Assembly: GCF_056712565.1 (NCBI RefSeq)
Contig: NZ_JBWXXM010000003.1
Source: a plasmid
Strand: one strand, 5' to 3'
DNA length: 64,000 nt
Position numbers and translations under genes: made by a program. Below the pieces are notes generated by a model. It was not told the origin of the DNA and did not search any database. It saw nothing but the letters and a program-made list of their open reading frames with translations. This document shows, in pieces, positions 41,331 to 53,399 of this stretch; position 1 is the stretch's first letter, and each line of letters begins with the position of its first letter.

Positions 41331-41702
41331 GTGCCGGACAGTGAATGCGTTTTTGCCGTGGTGCTGACCCGTGGGAATGTGCGCCATATGGCTCAGGACT
41401 GGAACCTGTCAGACGATGAGCTGGAAACCGTCATGCAGCGGCTGGACGATGCTTTTGTATATGGCGCATGTGACAGAGTTGTTTCCGATATTGTCAATGA
41501 ACTGATGGAGGAAAAGCGCGTAAACCGCCTTGTAACAGTCCCTGCGGTGCTGCTGGAAAAAGTGATGGTGATGGCTGGTAGTGAAATTTATCGCCTCCAT
41601 GCTGTCGGGAGCGAGAACGGGGGCGACGGTGACGCATTTGTCAGGGAAGAACGTGAGATTATGCGGGTGATGCGTCAGGCGCTGGACGGGGAGAACGGGT
41701 AA
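41331..41702 (+). CDS. hypothetical leading-region protein
   Basis: 123 aa ORF; start uncertain (GTG at 41331 or internal ATG). Confidence 0.4.
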   Translation: MPDSECVFAVVLTRGNVRHMAQDWNLSDDELETVMQRLDDAFVYGACDRVVSDIVNELMEEKRVNRLVTVPAVLLEKVMVMAGSEIYRLHAVGSENGGDGDAFVREEREIMRVMRQALDGENG

Positions 41703-41884
41703 TGAATATCAGCACGGAAACCCGCGAAATTCTGCGTAATTACAAAACCGTGATTAATGCGCGGCGTCGTGAGATGGGGCAGAAACCGCTCACCACCGCG
41801 CAGATTGTTGATGAAATCTGCGATTTTGTGACGAATCAGCAGGCGGTTTTCCTCGGTGGTCACTATATCCTTCAGGGCAGCTGA
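41702..41884 (+). CDS. hypothetical small leading-region protein (60 aa)
   Basis: Start overlaps upstream stop (coupled). Confidence 0.35.
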   Translation: MNISTETREILRNYKTVINARRREMGQKPLTTAQIVDEICDFVTNQQAVFLGGHYILQGS

Positions 41885-42094
41885 AACAGGTGATACAGGG
41901 CAGGCGGTGGAGGCCGCCTGTCAGCCCGCGCGAACCCCCTGGCAGGCTGACGCCTGCCGGAAGGGAAGCGGGCCACGCTGACGCGTCGCCCGTTACCCTT
42001 CCCGTTAGTGATGTGTCCGGAATGTTTTTTCTGATGTTATTTTTCTGTGGTTACCGTGTTTGTTATTGTTCTTCTTCTTTTTCCTCTTCCTCTT

Positions 42095-42650
42095 CTTTCC
42101 GTTCCTCTCCTGTTTATGGCTTTTCCGGGCGTCCCCCTGGCGGGGCGGGCTGTCGTGAACGGAGCCAGCGGAGCTGTCTCCGCCCTGGCGGGCTTCCATC
42201 CCTGACGCGAAACCATGGCTTGCAGCGACCGTTCCGGTCGCGCCGCCTCTGTCGCGCCGTGGCCTGCGCTCCCGGCATCCCGGCAAAAGGCGCCGGAATG
42301 TAAGGAGCAACGCCGTTTCGCAAACCGCGCTTCACGTCGTTGCGGCGGGTCCCTGCTCATTGCCTGCCAAGTGCCACACACCCGTATGAGTCCCTGTCGC
42401 CGGGGGCTGAGACAGCCACAACCTGCCGCACTGACTGTCCAGGGTAAATGAACAGCCCACAAAATTTTTTACCCAGAACCCGGTAAAAAATTTTGCGTTC
42501 TGCCCAGGACAGGTGCGTCAGGCCGTGGCAGTGATGCCCCTTGCGGCGAAGGTTCTCAAACGGGTGAAGTTCATACCACAGGGAATACAGCAGCAGGTTC
42601 CCGCGAAACGTCAAAACCGCGGCTCCCGAAACTCAACGGGTGATGTTCTT
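42095..42650. repeat. Frpo-like leading-region repeat (single-strand promoter/ssi-like element), copy 1
   Basis: ~550-bp GC-rich block CCTTTTCCGGGCGTCCCCCTGGCGGGGCGGGCTGTCGTGAACGGAGCCAGCGGAGCTGTCTCCGCCCTGGCGGGCTTCC... ending ...CAAAACCGCGGCTCCCGAAACTCAA, recurring 3 times, each upstream of a leading-region gene and preceded by a polypyrimidine tract. Confidence 0.65.
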
Positions 42651-42876
42651 TAAAAATCAGGATTTATTTCAGGCTCCGGCAATACGCATTTATTTGTTCT
42701 GTCAGTCATCCGGCTGGCAGGTAATGAGAACGCAGGAACAGAAGGAGGAAAACACCGGAAAGCGTCAGATGCAGATATGAAAAAAGCAGGTCAGGGACCT
42801 GCTTAATCCACGCCGTAGAAATCGCCGCAATCGATTTTCACGGCTTCACTAACCTGTGTCATAAGGAGTTTCATTT

Positions 42877-43107
42877 ATGACAGTAAGTATTGTTTCACCT
42901 TCCGCAGCGGCTGTAAAGCCCCGCCGTCATCCCCGTTTCAGACGCGAAGACATCCCCGCGCCGGAAATTGACCCCGTGCTGAAAGCATTCGGGCGACACA
43001 TAGCCCGGAGTTTTCACCGGGGACGTGGTGTACACATCCCCGCCATGAAAAACACGGCTTTCGGGCAGGTGCTCCGCACACTTGAACTGAAACGCGCTTT
43101 TAACTGA
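42877..43107 (+). CDS. hypothetical leading-region protein (76 aa)
   Basis: ORF immediately downstream of Frpo-like repeat 1. Confidence 0.45.
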   Translation: MTVSIVSPSAAAVKPRRHPRFRREDIPAPEIDPVLKAFGRHIARSFHRGRGVHIPAMKNTAFGQVLRTLELKRAFN

Positions 43108-43158
43108 TGAGGTGAGCCGCCCCGCGAGGGGCGGCAACAGACGGAAGGAGAACATTTT

Positions 43159-44520
43159 ATGACATTAGCAGCAATCACCATGACCGCCCCGGAAGCCGCC
43201 AGCCCTGTGCAGATGTACCGCGCGACCTACTCACCGGATGACAACAAACTGCGCCTGTATGCTGCGTCACGTCTTGACCCGGAGACGTATAAAAAAGTGC
43301 ATGATGCCGGTTTTCGCTGGGCACCAAAACAGGCGCTGTTTGTGGCTCCAGCCTGGACACCGGGCCGGGAAGACGTGCTCCTCTCACTTGCCGGAGAGAT
43401 TGAGGATGAAGACAGCACGCTCGCTGAACGTCAGGAAGCACGGGCGGAGCGGTTTACCGGATACAGCGGAAAGCGGGCCAGTGAATCCGCACAGGCACTT
43501 GATGAAGTGGAAAGACTGGCCGCGATGATCCCGCCCGGTCAGCCCATTCTTGTGGGGCATCACAGCGAACGCCGCGCCCGTCGTGATGCGCAGCGTATTG
43601 AAAACGGCATGAAACGTGCCGTGATGCTCGTTGAACGTGCGGAATACTGGGAAGAGCGGGCGCGGTCGGCACTGCTTCACGCGAAGTATAAAGAACGTCC
43701 GGACGTTCGCTGGCGTCGTATCAAAAAAATCGAAGCTGATTTGCGCAAGGCTGAAAAGACCATCGCGCAGTCGCAGAAATATCTGACGATATGGCGGGCT
43801 GAATCGCTGGATCTGAATATGGCAAAACTCATCAGTAGTCATGACCGTATCAGTGCCTGTTTCCCGCTGGATACGTATCCGCGCCCGGCAGAAAAAAGCC
43901 AGTATGAAGGAAGTCGATCGTTATGGTCGGCCCTGGATGATGACATCATCACCACGGAGCAGGCCCGCGAAATTGCGATCCGCTGTCATAAACGGCAGAT
44001 TCAGCATCAGCAACGCTGGGTTAACCACTATCAGAACCGCCTGATCTATGAGCGTGCCATGCTGGACGAAAGCGGCGGCGTGGTTACCCGGACACAGGAT
44101 TTTGAGCCGGGCGGACAGGTTTTCAGCCGGGGCGAGTGGCTGACCATCATCCGCGTGAACAAAAGCAACGGGACGGTGAGTTCAGTCACAACGCCGAATT
44201 ACAGTTTTCTCGGGTACAGTGGCACGATGAAAGTGACGCCCGATCGCATTACGGACTACAAAGCACCATCGGCAGAAGAGGCTGCCGTCGCCAGTCAGGC
44301 CGCTAAGCGTCCGCCTGTTGTCAACTATCCGGGAGAAGGTTTCCGGGAAATGACAAAGGCACAGTGGGCTGCCCTGCCCCGGGACTGTAAGGCCGTGCGC
44401 AGTGTGGCAGAGGCAGAAGACCACGGGGCATATCGTTACCGCCGCACAATGGACAATAATTTCCGCCTGGTGAATGTGTATATCACCGACATGAAGATTA
44501 CGGAAATCCCACAGAAATAA
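43159..44520 (+). CDS. conserved leading-region protein of unknown function (453 aa)
   Basis: Long ORF with strong RBS GGAGAACATTTTATG; no domain recognised. Confidence 0.6.
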   Translation: MTLAAITMTAPEAASPVQMYRATYSPDDNKLRLYAASRLDPETYKKVHDAGFRWAPKQALFVAPAWTPGREDVLLSLAGEIEDEDSTLAERQEARAERFTGYSGKRASESAQALDEVERLAAMIPPGQPILVGHHSERRARRDAQRIENGMKRAVMLVERAEYWEERARSALLHAKYKERPDVRWRRIKKIEADLRKAEKTIAQSQKYLTIWRAESLDLNMAKLISSHDRISACFPLDTYPRPAEKSQYEGSRSLWSALDDDIITTEQAREIAIRCHKRQIQHQQRWVNHYQNRLIYERAMLDESGGVVTRTQDFEPGGQVFSRGEWLTIIRVNKSNGTVSSVTTPNYSFLGYSGTMKVTPDRITDYKAPSAEEAAVASQAAKRPPVVNYPGEGFREMTKAQWAALPRDCKAVRSVAEAEDHGAYRYRRTMDNNFRLVNVYITDMKITEIPQK

Positions 44521-44567
44521 GGTATATCCTCCCGGGAAAATCCCCGGGGGATGACGGAGATAATGAC

Positions 44568-45131
44568 ATGTACAGTCAGTTAAGAGAACGTATCCGGCTG
44601 ATGCGCGCAAGGCTGGATAACGCCGCGCCGGTTGCTGAAATCCGGGCTGAATCTCAGCTTTTTGTGACTCCTGCCCCGGTCTGTGATCGCCTGGTGACGC
44701 TGGCGGGGATCAGCAACCGTGATCACATTCTGGAACCCTCTGCCGGCACCGGGGCCATACTGCGGGCGATTAGGGATACCGCGCCGGTAGCCATGTGTGA
44801 TGCGGTGGAAATCAACAGCGGGCTGGTCCGGTATCTGCGGGAAAATTTTAACGGTGTCAGGGTTCAGTGTGGCGACTTCATGGAATGGCAGCCGGTGCAG
44901 TATTACAGCCGGGTTATCATGAATCCGCCGTTCAGCCACGGGCAGGATATCCGGCATATCCTGCGGGCCTTTTCCCTGTTGCGTCCGGGTGGCGTGCTGG
45001 TCGCCGTCTGTCTCAACGGGCCACGCCAGCAGGAGAAGCTGTTACCGTTTTCTGACGTCCGCGAGGAGCTGCCGCGCGGCACATTTGCTTATACCGATGT
45101 CCCGACGATGATTATTCGTCTGCGTGCCTGA
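44568..45131 (+). CDS. putative orphan DNA adenine methyltransferase
   Basis: SAM-binding LEPSAGTGAIL and catalytic NPPF motif; no adjacent restriction endonuclease gene. Confidence 0.65.
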   Translation: MYSQLRERIRLMRARLDNAAPVAEIRAESQLFVTPAPVCDRLVTLAGISNRDHILEPSAGTGAILRAIRDTAPVAMCDAVEINSGLVRYLRENFNGVRVQCGDFMEWQPVQYYSRVIMNPPFSHGQDIRHILRAFSLLRPGGVLVAVCLNGPRQQEKLLPFSDVREELPRGTFAYTDVPTMIIRLRA

Positions 45132-45354
45132 AGACTCCGGGCAGGCGGGAGGATAAATGCTCGTCTGCCCGCGCCGGGAAAAGACCGCGCGCCGGTGGCG
45201 CTGAAAGGGGCCGCGCTCACGCGCCGCCCCTTTCATTACGCGGAAATTCTGCTGTGGGCTTCTGTCTTTTCAGATCTGTCATTTGTCTGTTACTGATGAT
45301 GTTCCTGCTACTGCTACTGTTTTTCTTTTTTCTGCTGCTCTGATTACTGTCTGT

Positions 45355-45900
45355 CTTGTTCTTCTTCTGCCTGTGCCTTTTCCGGGCGTCCCCCTGGCGG
45401 GGCGGGCTGTCGTGAACGGAGCCAGCGGAGCTGTCTCCGCCCTGGCGGGCTTCCATCCCTGACGCAAAACCCCTGGCTTGCAGCGACTGTTCCGGTCGCG
45501 CGCCTCTGTCGCGCCGTGGCCTGCGCTCCTGGCATCCCGGCAAAAGGCCGCCGGGATGTAAGGCGCAACGCCGTTTCGCAAACCGCGCTTCACGTCGTTG
45601 CGGCGGGTCCCTGCCCGTTGTTATGTCCGGTGCCATTCACCTGTTTAAGCCCCTGTCGCCGGGGGCAAAGACAGCCACAACCGTCTCCGCCAGTCCAGGG
45701 GTGAAATGCACATCCCGCAAAACTTTTTGCCCAAAAGCAGGCAAAAACTTTTGCGGTCTGCCCCCGGACAGTCGTTTCCTGCCGTGGCAGTGATGCCCCT
45801 TGCGGCGAAGGTTTTCAAAAAGGTGATGGTGAATACCGGAGGGAACAAAAGGCAGGTCCCCGCAAAACGTCAAAACCGCGGCTCCCGAAACTCAAAAGAT
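45355..45900. repeat. Frpo-like leading-region repeat, copy 2
   Basis: Same repeat family as 42095-42650; immediately upstream of ssb. Confidence 0.65.
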
Positions 45901-45936
45901 GATGGGGCTGAAAACATCAACAGAAGGAGACACATC

Positions 45937-46765
<829 letters not shown>

Positions 46766-46828
46766 GAGAGGTGCCGGACGGGAATGCGTCCGGCAGACAT
46801 ACAACCATCCCGGTCAAAGGAGAAATAT

Positions 46829-48787
46829 ATGTCGGTTACAGAGTCTAAGACAAAAACGGAGCGTAAATCCAGCCGTAAACCGTCAAAAGAGCAGGAGACT
46901 GCCCTGTCTGCCCTGCTGGCGCAGACGGCGGAAGTGAGCGTGCCGCTGGCCTCACTGATTAAATCACCACTGAATGTGCGCACGGTGCCGTATTCTGCGG
47001 AGTCTGTCAGCGAACTGGCGGAGTCCATTAAGGGCGTTGGCCTGTTGCAGAATCTGGTCGTGCATACCCTGCCTGGTGACCGTTACGGTGTCGCCGCAGG
47101 TGGTCGCCGACTGGCTGCACTCAACATGCTGGCAGAGCGTGGCATCATTCCGGCTGACTGGCCTGTCCGTGTGAAGGTCATTCCGCAGGAGCTGGCGACG
47201 GCGGCATCAATGACTGAAAACGGTCATCGTCGGGATATGCACCCTGCTGAACAGATTGCCGGATTCCGCGCAATGGCGCAGGAAGGCAAAACACCTGCAC
47301 AAATCGGTGATTTGCTGGGCTATTCACCCCGCTATGTCCAGCGAATGCTGAAACTGGCTGACCTTGCGCCTGTCATCCTCGATGCGCTGGCAGAAGACCG
47401 CATCACTACCGAACACTGTCAGGCGCTGGCGCTGGAGAACGACACCGCGCGTCAGGTACAGGTGTTTGAAGCCGCCTGTCAGTCGGGATGGGGCGGAAAA
47501 CCGGATGTGCGGGTTATCCGCAATCTGATTACGGAAAGTGAAGTGGCGGTGGCGGGGAACAGTAAATTCCGCTTCGTGGGGGCTGATGCTTTCTCACCTG
47601 ACGAACTGCGTACTGATTTGTTCAGCGATGACGGGGACGGTTATGTCGACCGCGTGGCGCTCGATGCTGCCCTGCTGGAAAAACTCCAGGCTGTCGCTGA
47701 ACACCTTCGGGAAGCCGAAGGCTGGGAATGGTGCGCCGGACGCATGGAGCCTGTCGGTGAGTGCCGTGAGGATGCCGGAACATACCGCTGTCTGCCGGAG
47801 CCGGACGCGGTGCTGACGGAGGCGGAAGAAGAACGCCTGAACGAACTGATGACGCGTTACGACGCGCTGGAAAACCAGTGTGAGGAATCCGACCTGCTGG
47901 AAGCAGAAATGAAGCTGATGCGCTGCATGGCGAAGGTCAGAGCGTGGACGCCGGAGATGCGTACCGGAAGCGGTGTGGTGGTGTCCTGGCGTTACGGTAA
48001 TGTGTGTGTCCAGCGTGGTGTGCAGTTGCGCAGCGAGGATGACGCGGCTGACGACGCTGACCGCACGGAACAGGTGCAGGAGAAAGCATCAGTGGAGGAA
48101 ATCAGTCTGCCACTGCTGACGAAAATGTCTTCCGAACGCACGCTGGCAGTCCAGGCGGCACTCATGCAGCAACCGGACAAATCCCTGGCACTGCTGGCAT
48201 GGACGCTCTGCCTGAATGTGTTTGGCAGCGGAGCGTACAGTAAACCAGCACAAATCAGCCTGGAATGTAAACATTATTCGCTGACCAGCGATGCGCCGTC
48301 AGGGAAGGAAGGTGCCGCGTTCATGGCGATGATGGCAGAAAAAGCCCGTCTTGCGGCCCTGTTACCGGAGGGATGGTCACGGGACATGACGACGTTCCTG
48401 TCACTCAGTCAGGAGGTGCTGTTATCCCTGCTCAGTTTCTGCACCGCGTGCAGCATCCACGGCGTTCAGACCCGCGAGTGTGGTCACACGTCACGCAGCC
48501 CGCTGGACACGCTGGAGAGCGCCATCGGTTTTCACATGCGTGACTGGTGGCAGCCGACAAAAGCAAACTTCTTCGGACACCTGAAAAAGCCGCAGATTAT
48601 CGCAGCTCTGAATGATGCCGGACTGTCCGGTGCCGCACGGGATGCAGAGAAGATGAAGAAAGGTGATGCGGCTGAACATGCAGAGCACCATATGAAAGAC
48701 AACCGCTGGGTGCCTGGCTGGATGTGTGCACCACATCCACAGACGGATACCACTGAACGCACCGATAACCTGGCTGATGCCGCCTGA
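46829..48787 (+). CDS. ParB/Srx-like nuclease domain protein (leading region)
   Basis: N-terminal ParB-like region (…LLQNLVVHTLPGDRYGVAAGGRRLAAL…); start MSVTESK with AAGGAG RBS inside track ORF 46784-48787. Confidence 0.7.
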   Translation: MSVTESKTKTERKSSRKPSKEQETALSALLAQTAEVSVPLASLIKSPLNVRTVPYSAESVSELAESIKGVGLLQNLVVHTLPGDRYGVAAGGRRLAALNMLAERGIIPADWPVRVKVIPQELATAASMTENGHRRDMHPAEQIAGFRAMAQEGKTPAQIGDLLGYSPRYVQRMLKLADLAPVILDALAEDRITTEHCQALALENDTARQVQVFEAACQSGWGGKPDVRVIRNLITESEVAVAGNSKFRFVGADAFSPDELRTDLFSDDGDGYVDRVALDAALLEKLQAVAEHLREAEGWEWCAGRMEPVGECREDAGTYRCLPEPDAVLTEAEEERLNELMTRYDALENQCEESDLLEAEMKLMRCMAKVRAWTPEMRTGSGVVVSWRYGNVCVQRGVQLRSEDDAADDADRTEQVQEKASVEEISLPLLTKMSSERTLAVQAALMQQPDKSLALLAWTLCLNVFGSGAYSKPAQISLECKHYSLTSDAPSGKEGAAFMAMMAEKARLAALLPEGWSRDMTTFLSLSQEVLLSLLSFCTACSIHGVQTRECGHTSRSPLDTLESAIGFHMRDWWQPTKANFFGHLKKPQIIAALNDAGLSGAARDAEKMKKGDAAEHAEHHMKDNRWVPGWMCAPHPQTDTTERTDNLADAA

Positions 48788-48838
48788 TGAACAACCACAC
48801 CGCCCCGCCGGAGACGGGGCAGCAGCAAGGGAGATACC

Positions 48839-49276
48839 GTGATGAAAACTGAACTGACCCTGAATGTATTACAGACCATGAACGCACAGGAATATGAAGA
48901 TATCAGGGCTGCCGGAAGTGATGAACGCCGTGAGCTGACACACGCCGTGATGCGGGAACTGGATGCGCCGGACAACTGGACGATGAATGGCGAGTACGGC
49001 AGCGAGTTCGGCGGCTTTTTCCCCGTCCAGGTCCGTTTCACGCCTGCCCACGAACGTTTTCACCTGGCGTTATGTTCACCGGGTGATGTCTCCCAGGTCT
49101 GGGTGCTGGTTCTGGTGAATGCCGGTGGTGAGCCGTTTGCGGTGGTTCAGGTACAGCGGCGGTTTGCACCGGAAGCAGTCAGCCATTCACTGGCACTGGC
49201 GGCGTCACTGGATGCGCAGGGGTACAGCGTTAACGACATCATCCATATCCTGATGGCGGAAGGAGGTCAGGTATGA
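48839..49276 (+). CDS. psiB: PsiB, plasmid SOS inhibition protein B
   Basis: [53 protein letters not shown]... recognised as PsiB. Confidence 0.9.
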   Translation: MMKTELTLNVLQTMNAQEYEDIRAAGSDERRELTHAVMRELDAPDNWTMNGEYGSEFGGFFPVQVRFTPAHERFHLALCSPGDVSQVWVLVLVNAGGEPFAVVQVQRRFAPEAVSHSLALAASLDAQGYSVNDIIHILMAEGGQV

Positions 49277-49992
49277 ACGCACGTTCACGGGCACTGGTTC
49301 CCCTCAGCACAGAGCAACAGGCCGCATGGCGGGCGGTGGCGGAGACGGAAAAACGCCGCCATCAGGGAAACACGCTGGCGGAATATCCGTATGCGGGAGC
49401 ATTTTTCCGCTGTCTGAACGGAAGCCGCCGGATTTCGCTGTCTGACCTGCGATTTTTCATGCCGTCCCTGACCGCAGAAGAACTGCACGGCAACCGTCTT
49501 CAGTGGCTGTGTGCCATCGATGTGCTGATTGAAACACAGGGCGAGGTCTGCCTCCTTCCCCTTCCCGGCGATGCAGCAGAACGCTTGTTCCCGTCGGTGC
49601 GGTTTCGTGTCAGGGAACGCAGTCGCCATAAATCCGCGCTGGTCATGCAGAAGTACAGCCGCCAGCAAGCGAGGGAGGCAGAGCAGAAAGCCCGTGCGTA
49701 CCAGGTGCTGGTTGCTCAGGCTGAAATCGAACTGGCATTTCATTCACCGGAAACAGTCGGAAGCTGGCATGCACGCTGGAGTGACCGGGTGGCAGAGCAT
49801 GACCTGGAACCCCTGTTCTGGCAGTGGGGCGAGCGTTTTCCGTCACTGGCCGGAATGGAACGCTGGCAGTGGCAGGATATGCCATTCTGGCAGGTTATCG
49901 CGGAAGCCAGTCTGGCAGCCAGAGAGGCCGGTCATGCTGTCCGTGAGATGGAGCGGTGGATGGTGCCGAACAAACTCCGGGAGGCAGCGTGA
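49273..49992 (+). CDS. psiA: PsiA, plasmid SOS inhibition protein A
   Basis: 239 aa translationally coupled to psiB, F-like order psiB-psiA. Confidence 0.85.
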   Translation: MNARSRALVPLSTEQQAAWRAVAETEKRRHQGNTLAEYPYAGAFFRCLNGSRRISLSDLRFFMPSLTAEELHGNRLQWLCAIDVLIETQGEVCLLPLPGDAAERLFPSVRFRVRERSRHKSALVMQKYSRQQAREAEQKARAYQVLVAQAEIELAFHSPETVGSWHARWSDRVAEHDLEPLFWQWGERFPSLAGMERWQWQDMPFWQVIAEASLAAREAGHAVREMERWMVPNKLREAA

Positions 49993-50267
49993 TGCGGCAA
50001 TAATCACACGGATTACCCGTGAACTGGTTGAACGACCAGATTATTTTCAGGGAAAGTGAGTGTGGTCAGCGTGCAGGGATATGAGCTATGATGTGCCCGG
50101 CGCTTGAGGCTTTCTGCCTCATGACGTGAAGGTGGTTTGTTACCGTGTTGTGTGGCAGAAGGCAGAAAGCCCCGTAGTTAATTTTTCATTAACCCACGAG
50201 GCCCCCTGTATGTCTGATCAACAACAGTATGGCCTCTTACCGTGCTTAATGCAAGGAGGAGTAAACC

Positions 50268-50429
50268 ATGAAACTACCGGGAAACGCCCTTATCTGGTGC
50301 GTATTAATCGTGTGCTGCACGTTGTTAATATTCACACTCCTGACCCGGAATCGTCTGTGCGAAGTCCGGCTGAAGGACGGATACAGGGAGGTTACGGCAA
50401 GTTTGGCTTACGAATCCAGCGGTAAGTAG
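50268..50429 (+). CDS. hok: Hok/Gef-family type I toxin (flmA/hok-like)
   Basis: [53 protein letters not shown]; overlapping upstream ORF in another frame (50126-50425) consistent with mok. Confidence 0.8.
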   Translation: MKLPGNALIWCVLIVCCTLLIFTLLTRNRLCEVRLKDGYREVTASLAYESSGK

Positions 50430-50744
50430 CAACCTGGAGGCGGGCGCAGGCCCGCCTTTTCAGGGCTGATGCTGGTCTGACTGCACTGAAGCGCCTTTAT
50501 AAAGGGGCTGCTGGTTCGCCGGTGGCCCCTTTCTCCTTGCTGGCATTGTGCGGGCATGAACAACCAGACTGCCAGGAAGGCCGTTTCCCTCCGGGAACGG
50601 GGATGAACGTGCGCCTGCGGCGCCCGTTCTTTTCCCCCGCCTTCTCTGTTTATGACCTGTCAGAAATCACATCACCTTCCCTTTGATTATTCTCTTTTTC
50701 CTCCTGTTCTGACTCTGATTACTGCTGCCCTGATTATTGTCTGT

Positions 50745-51300
50745 TTTGTTGTTCTCCTGCTTATGCCTTTTCCGGGCGTCCCCCTGGCGGGGCGGGCTGT
50801 CGTGAACGGAGCCAGCGGAGCTGTCTCCGCCCTGGCGGGCTTCCATCCCTGACGCGAAACCCCGGGCTTGCAGCGACCGTTCCGGTCGCGCCGCCTCTGT
50901 CGCGCCGTGGCCTGCGCTCCCGGCATCCCGGCAAAAGGCCGCCGGGATGTAAGGGGCAACGCCGTTTCGCAAACCGCGCTTCACGTCGTTGCGGCGGGTT
51001 CCTGCCCGTTGTTGTGTCCGGTGCCATTCACCTGTTTAAGCCCCTGTCGCCGGGAGCTGATACAGCCACAACCTGCCGCACTGACTGTCCAGGGTAAATG
51101 AACAGCCCACAAAATTTTTTACCCAAAACCCGGTAAAAAATTTTGCGTTCTGCCCAGGACAGGTGCGTCAGGCCGTGGCAGTGATGCCCCTTGCGGCGAA
51201 GGTTCTCAAACAGGTGATGGTGAATACCGGAGGGAACAAACGGCAGGTCCCCGCAAAACGTCAAAACCGCGGCTCCCGAAACTCAACAGATGATGGGGGC
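50745..51300. repeat. Frpo-like leading-region repeat, copy 3
   Basis: Third copy of the repeat seen at 42095 and 45355. Confidence 0.65.
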
Positions 51301-51327
51301 TGAAAACCAGAGAGAGGAGAAAGCAGG

Positions 51328-51615
51328 ATGAGTACCCGAAATATCCACGTTAACATCGCGTCGTACACGCTTCTTGTTGCCGGGAAGAAAAAATACACCG
51401 GGGAAGAGTGGGACGTCCTGGAATTCAGCAGCCTGACTGAGCTGAAAAAATATCGCAAAAGCCACCCGGAAAAGATGGCCTTCAGCTATAGCTATGCGCT
51501 CAGCCGGGGTGTGGATACGCAGTTCCGCCATATCAACATTGCGGAAGCCGATCACTTCAAACAGTTCCTGCGTCAGATTAAGCGTACCGGCCTCGATATC
51601 CGGGCTATCTGCTGA
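51328..51615 (+). CDS. hypothetical leading-region protein (95 aa)
   Basis: ORF immediately downstream of repeat copy 3, RBS GAGAGGAG. Confidence 0.5.
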   Translation: MSTRNIHVNIASYTLLVAGKKKYTGEEWDVLEFSSLTELKKYRKSHPEKMAFSYSYALSRGVDTQFRHINIAEADHFKQFLRQIKRTGLDIRAIC

Positions 51616-51733
51616 CCGGATGTGATGAATATCCCTCCTGATTGTTGCAATCTTGTTAATGGAGATCGGGAGGGATGATATTAAGCGGAAAAATTTTTTA
51701 TTAAATTTATTCTTTCATAAAGGAGTAGCTGTT

Positions 51734-52555
51734 ATGCGATTAGCTTCCCGTTTTGGTCGGTATAATTCCATCCGCCGTGAACGTCCTTTAACGGATGATG
51801 AATTAATGCAGTTTGTGCCTTCGGTGTTTTCCGGTGATAAACATGAGTCCCGGAGTGAACGTTATACGTATATTTCAACAATCAATATCATCAATAAGTT
51901 ACGTGATGAAGGTTTCCAGCCATTCTTTGCCTGTCAGAGTCGGGTTCGTGATTTGGGACGTCGCGAATACAGTAAACATATGTTACGTCTTCGCAGGGAA
52001 GGGCATATTAACGGGCAGGAAGTTCCTGAAATTATCCTGCTTAATTCACATGATGGTTCATCCAGTTATCAGATGATCCCCGGAATTTTTCGTTTTGTCT
52101 GCACAAATGGCCTGGTGTGCGGAAATAATTTTGGCGAAATCCGCGTTCCACATAAAGGTGATATTGTCGGGCAGGTTATCGAGGGAGCGTATGAAGTGCT
52201 CGGTGTCTTTGATAAGGTCACTGATAATATGGAGGCGATGAAAGAAATTCATCTTAACAGTGACGAGCAACATTTATTTGGCAGAGCTGCACTGATGGTC
52301 AGGTATGAAGATGAAAATAAAACGCCGGTGACGCCTGAACAGATAATTACTCCCCGTCGTCGGGAGGATAAACAGAACGATCTCTGGACAACCTGGCAGC
52401 GGGTTCAGGAGAATATGATAAAAGGTGGATTATCGGGGCGAAGTGCCTCCGGGAAAAATACCAGGACAAGAGCCATTACAGGTATTGATGGTGATATAAG
52501 AATCAACAAAGCATTATGGATGATTGCCGAACAGTTCAGGGAGTGGAAGTCGTGA
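51734..52555 (+). CDS. conserved leading-region protein of unknown function (~273 aa; possibly DUF932-like)
   Basis: MRLASRFGRYNSIRRERPLTDDELMQFVPSVF...LLNSHDGSSSYQMIPGIFRFVCTNGLVCG...; family assignment from memory only. Confidence 0.5.
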   Translation: MRLASRFGRYNSIRRERPLTDDELMQFVPSVFSGDKHESRSERYTYISTINIINKLRDEGFQPFFACQSRVRDLGRREYSKHMLRLRREGHINGQEVPEIILLNSHDGSSSYQMIPGIFRFVCTNGLVCGNNFGEIRVPHKGDIVGQVIEGAYEVLGVFDKVTDNMEAMKEIHLNSDEQHLFGRAALMVRYEDENKTPVTPEQIITPRRREDKQNDLWTTWQRVQENMIKGGLSGRSASGKNTRTRAITGIDGDIRINKALWMIAEQFREWKS

Positions 52556-52850
52556 TAATATAGGTAAAGCCCCGAAAAATTTTCGGGGCTTTACTTATAT
52601 TGTCATCCTTCGGCATTGCTATGTCGTCTGATATGCCTCAATTTCATCAACTGGCTTTTCGGTAGTCTGTAAATATTGTGCCCGCGAAAAATGGTCTGGC
52701 AGGAGGCTACGCAGTTACCGGATATATATAATATGGGTTCCCGCTTTGCGGGGCTTCGGCCAGTCAGCATTATCACTCATATGATATTTTTGTGTGTGGC
52801 CTTCCATGCCGCTGTCGCGGCATAACCGGTATTTGACAATGTATACAATA

Positions 52851-53360
52851 TTAATTGTTCTGCACACTGTTCATTTGGGAAAGTGATTTCTTCGTGGTCG
52901 GAACCCGGATACCTTTACTGCTTTTTATCCCGGTATAAATCCGGTAAACATCTGATGCGTAGGCAAGACGCCTCTGGTTCTGGCGTTCGGTTTTCCTGAA
53001 TCCGGCATTGTATGCACCAACGGCCTCCCAGGTGACGCCCCATTTTTTAAATGCTATTGCCAGATAATAAGCACCGGTATAAATGTTCATGCAGGGATCT
53101 GTTGTCATATGTTCCGGCTTAATTCCGTAGCGGGCCAGTTCGTTAAAATGCTGGGAATCTACCTGCATCAGTCCGCTGCCATATCCCGTTACCGGGTTAA
53201 TACCGATGGCATTAACCCGGTAACGGGATTCTTGCCATGATATTGCTCTCAGTAAATCAGGATCTATTTTGTAATCCCTGCCTGCAAGATCAAAGCAATC
53301 AGTGGCCAGACAGATCTCATTTATAAACATCAGGCAGATGGCTAACATCCATTTTTTCAT
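52851..53360 (-). CDS. lytic transglycosylase (F orf169/gene X-like)
   Basis: Signal peptide then ...[12 protein letters not shown]...GLMQV...AYNAG lytic transglycosylase motifs; adjacent to oriT. Confidence 0.8.
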   Translation of the reverse strand: MKKWMLAICLMFINEICLATDCFDLAGRDYKIDPDLLRAISWQESRYRVNAIGINPVTGYGSGLMQVDSQHFNELARYGIKPEHMTTDPCMNIYTGAYYLAIAFKKWGVTWEAVGAYNAGFRKTERQNQRRLAYASDVYRIYTGIKSSKGIRVPTTKKSLSQMNSVQNN

Positions 53361-53399
53361 TTTTCCACCTCTGGTGACTTTATCCGTAAATAATTTAAC

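Noticed and set aside
42005-42614. Multiple overlapping track ORFs on both strands (42005-42310, 42037-42462, 42114-42335, 42215-42451, 42357-42614)
   Set aside because: They lie inside the GC-rich Frpo-like repeat, overlap one another in several frames and have Arg/Pro/Gly-rich low-complexity translations; artefacts of stop-codon-poor GC-rich DNA. The same applies to ORFs in repeat copies at 45217-45873 and 50667-51264.
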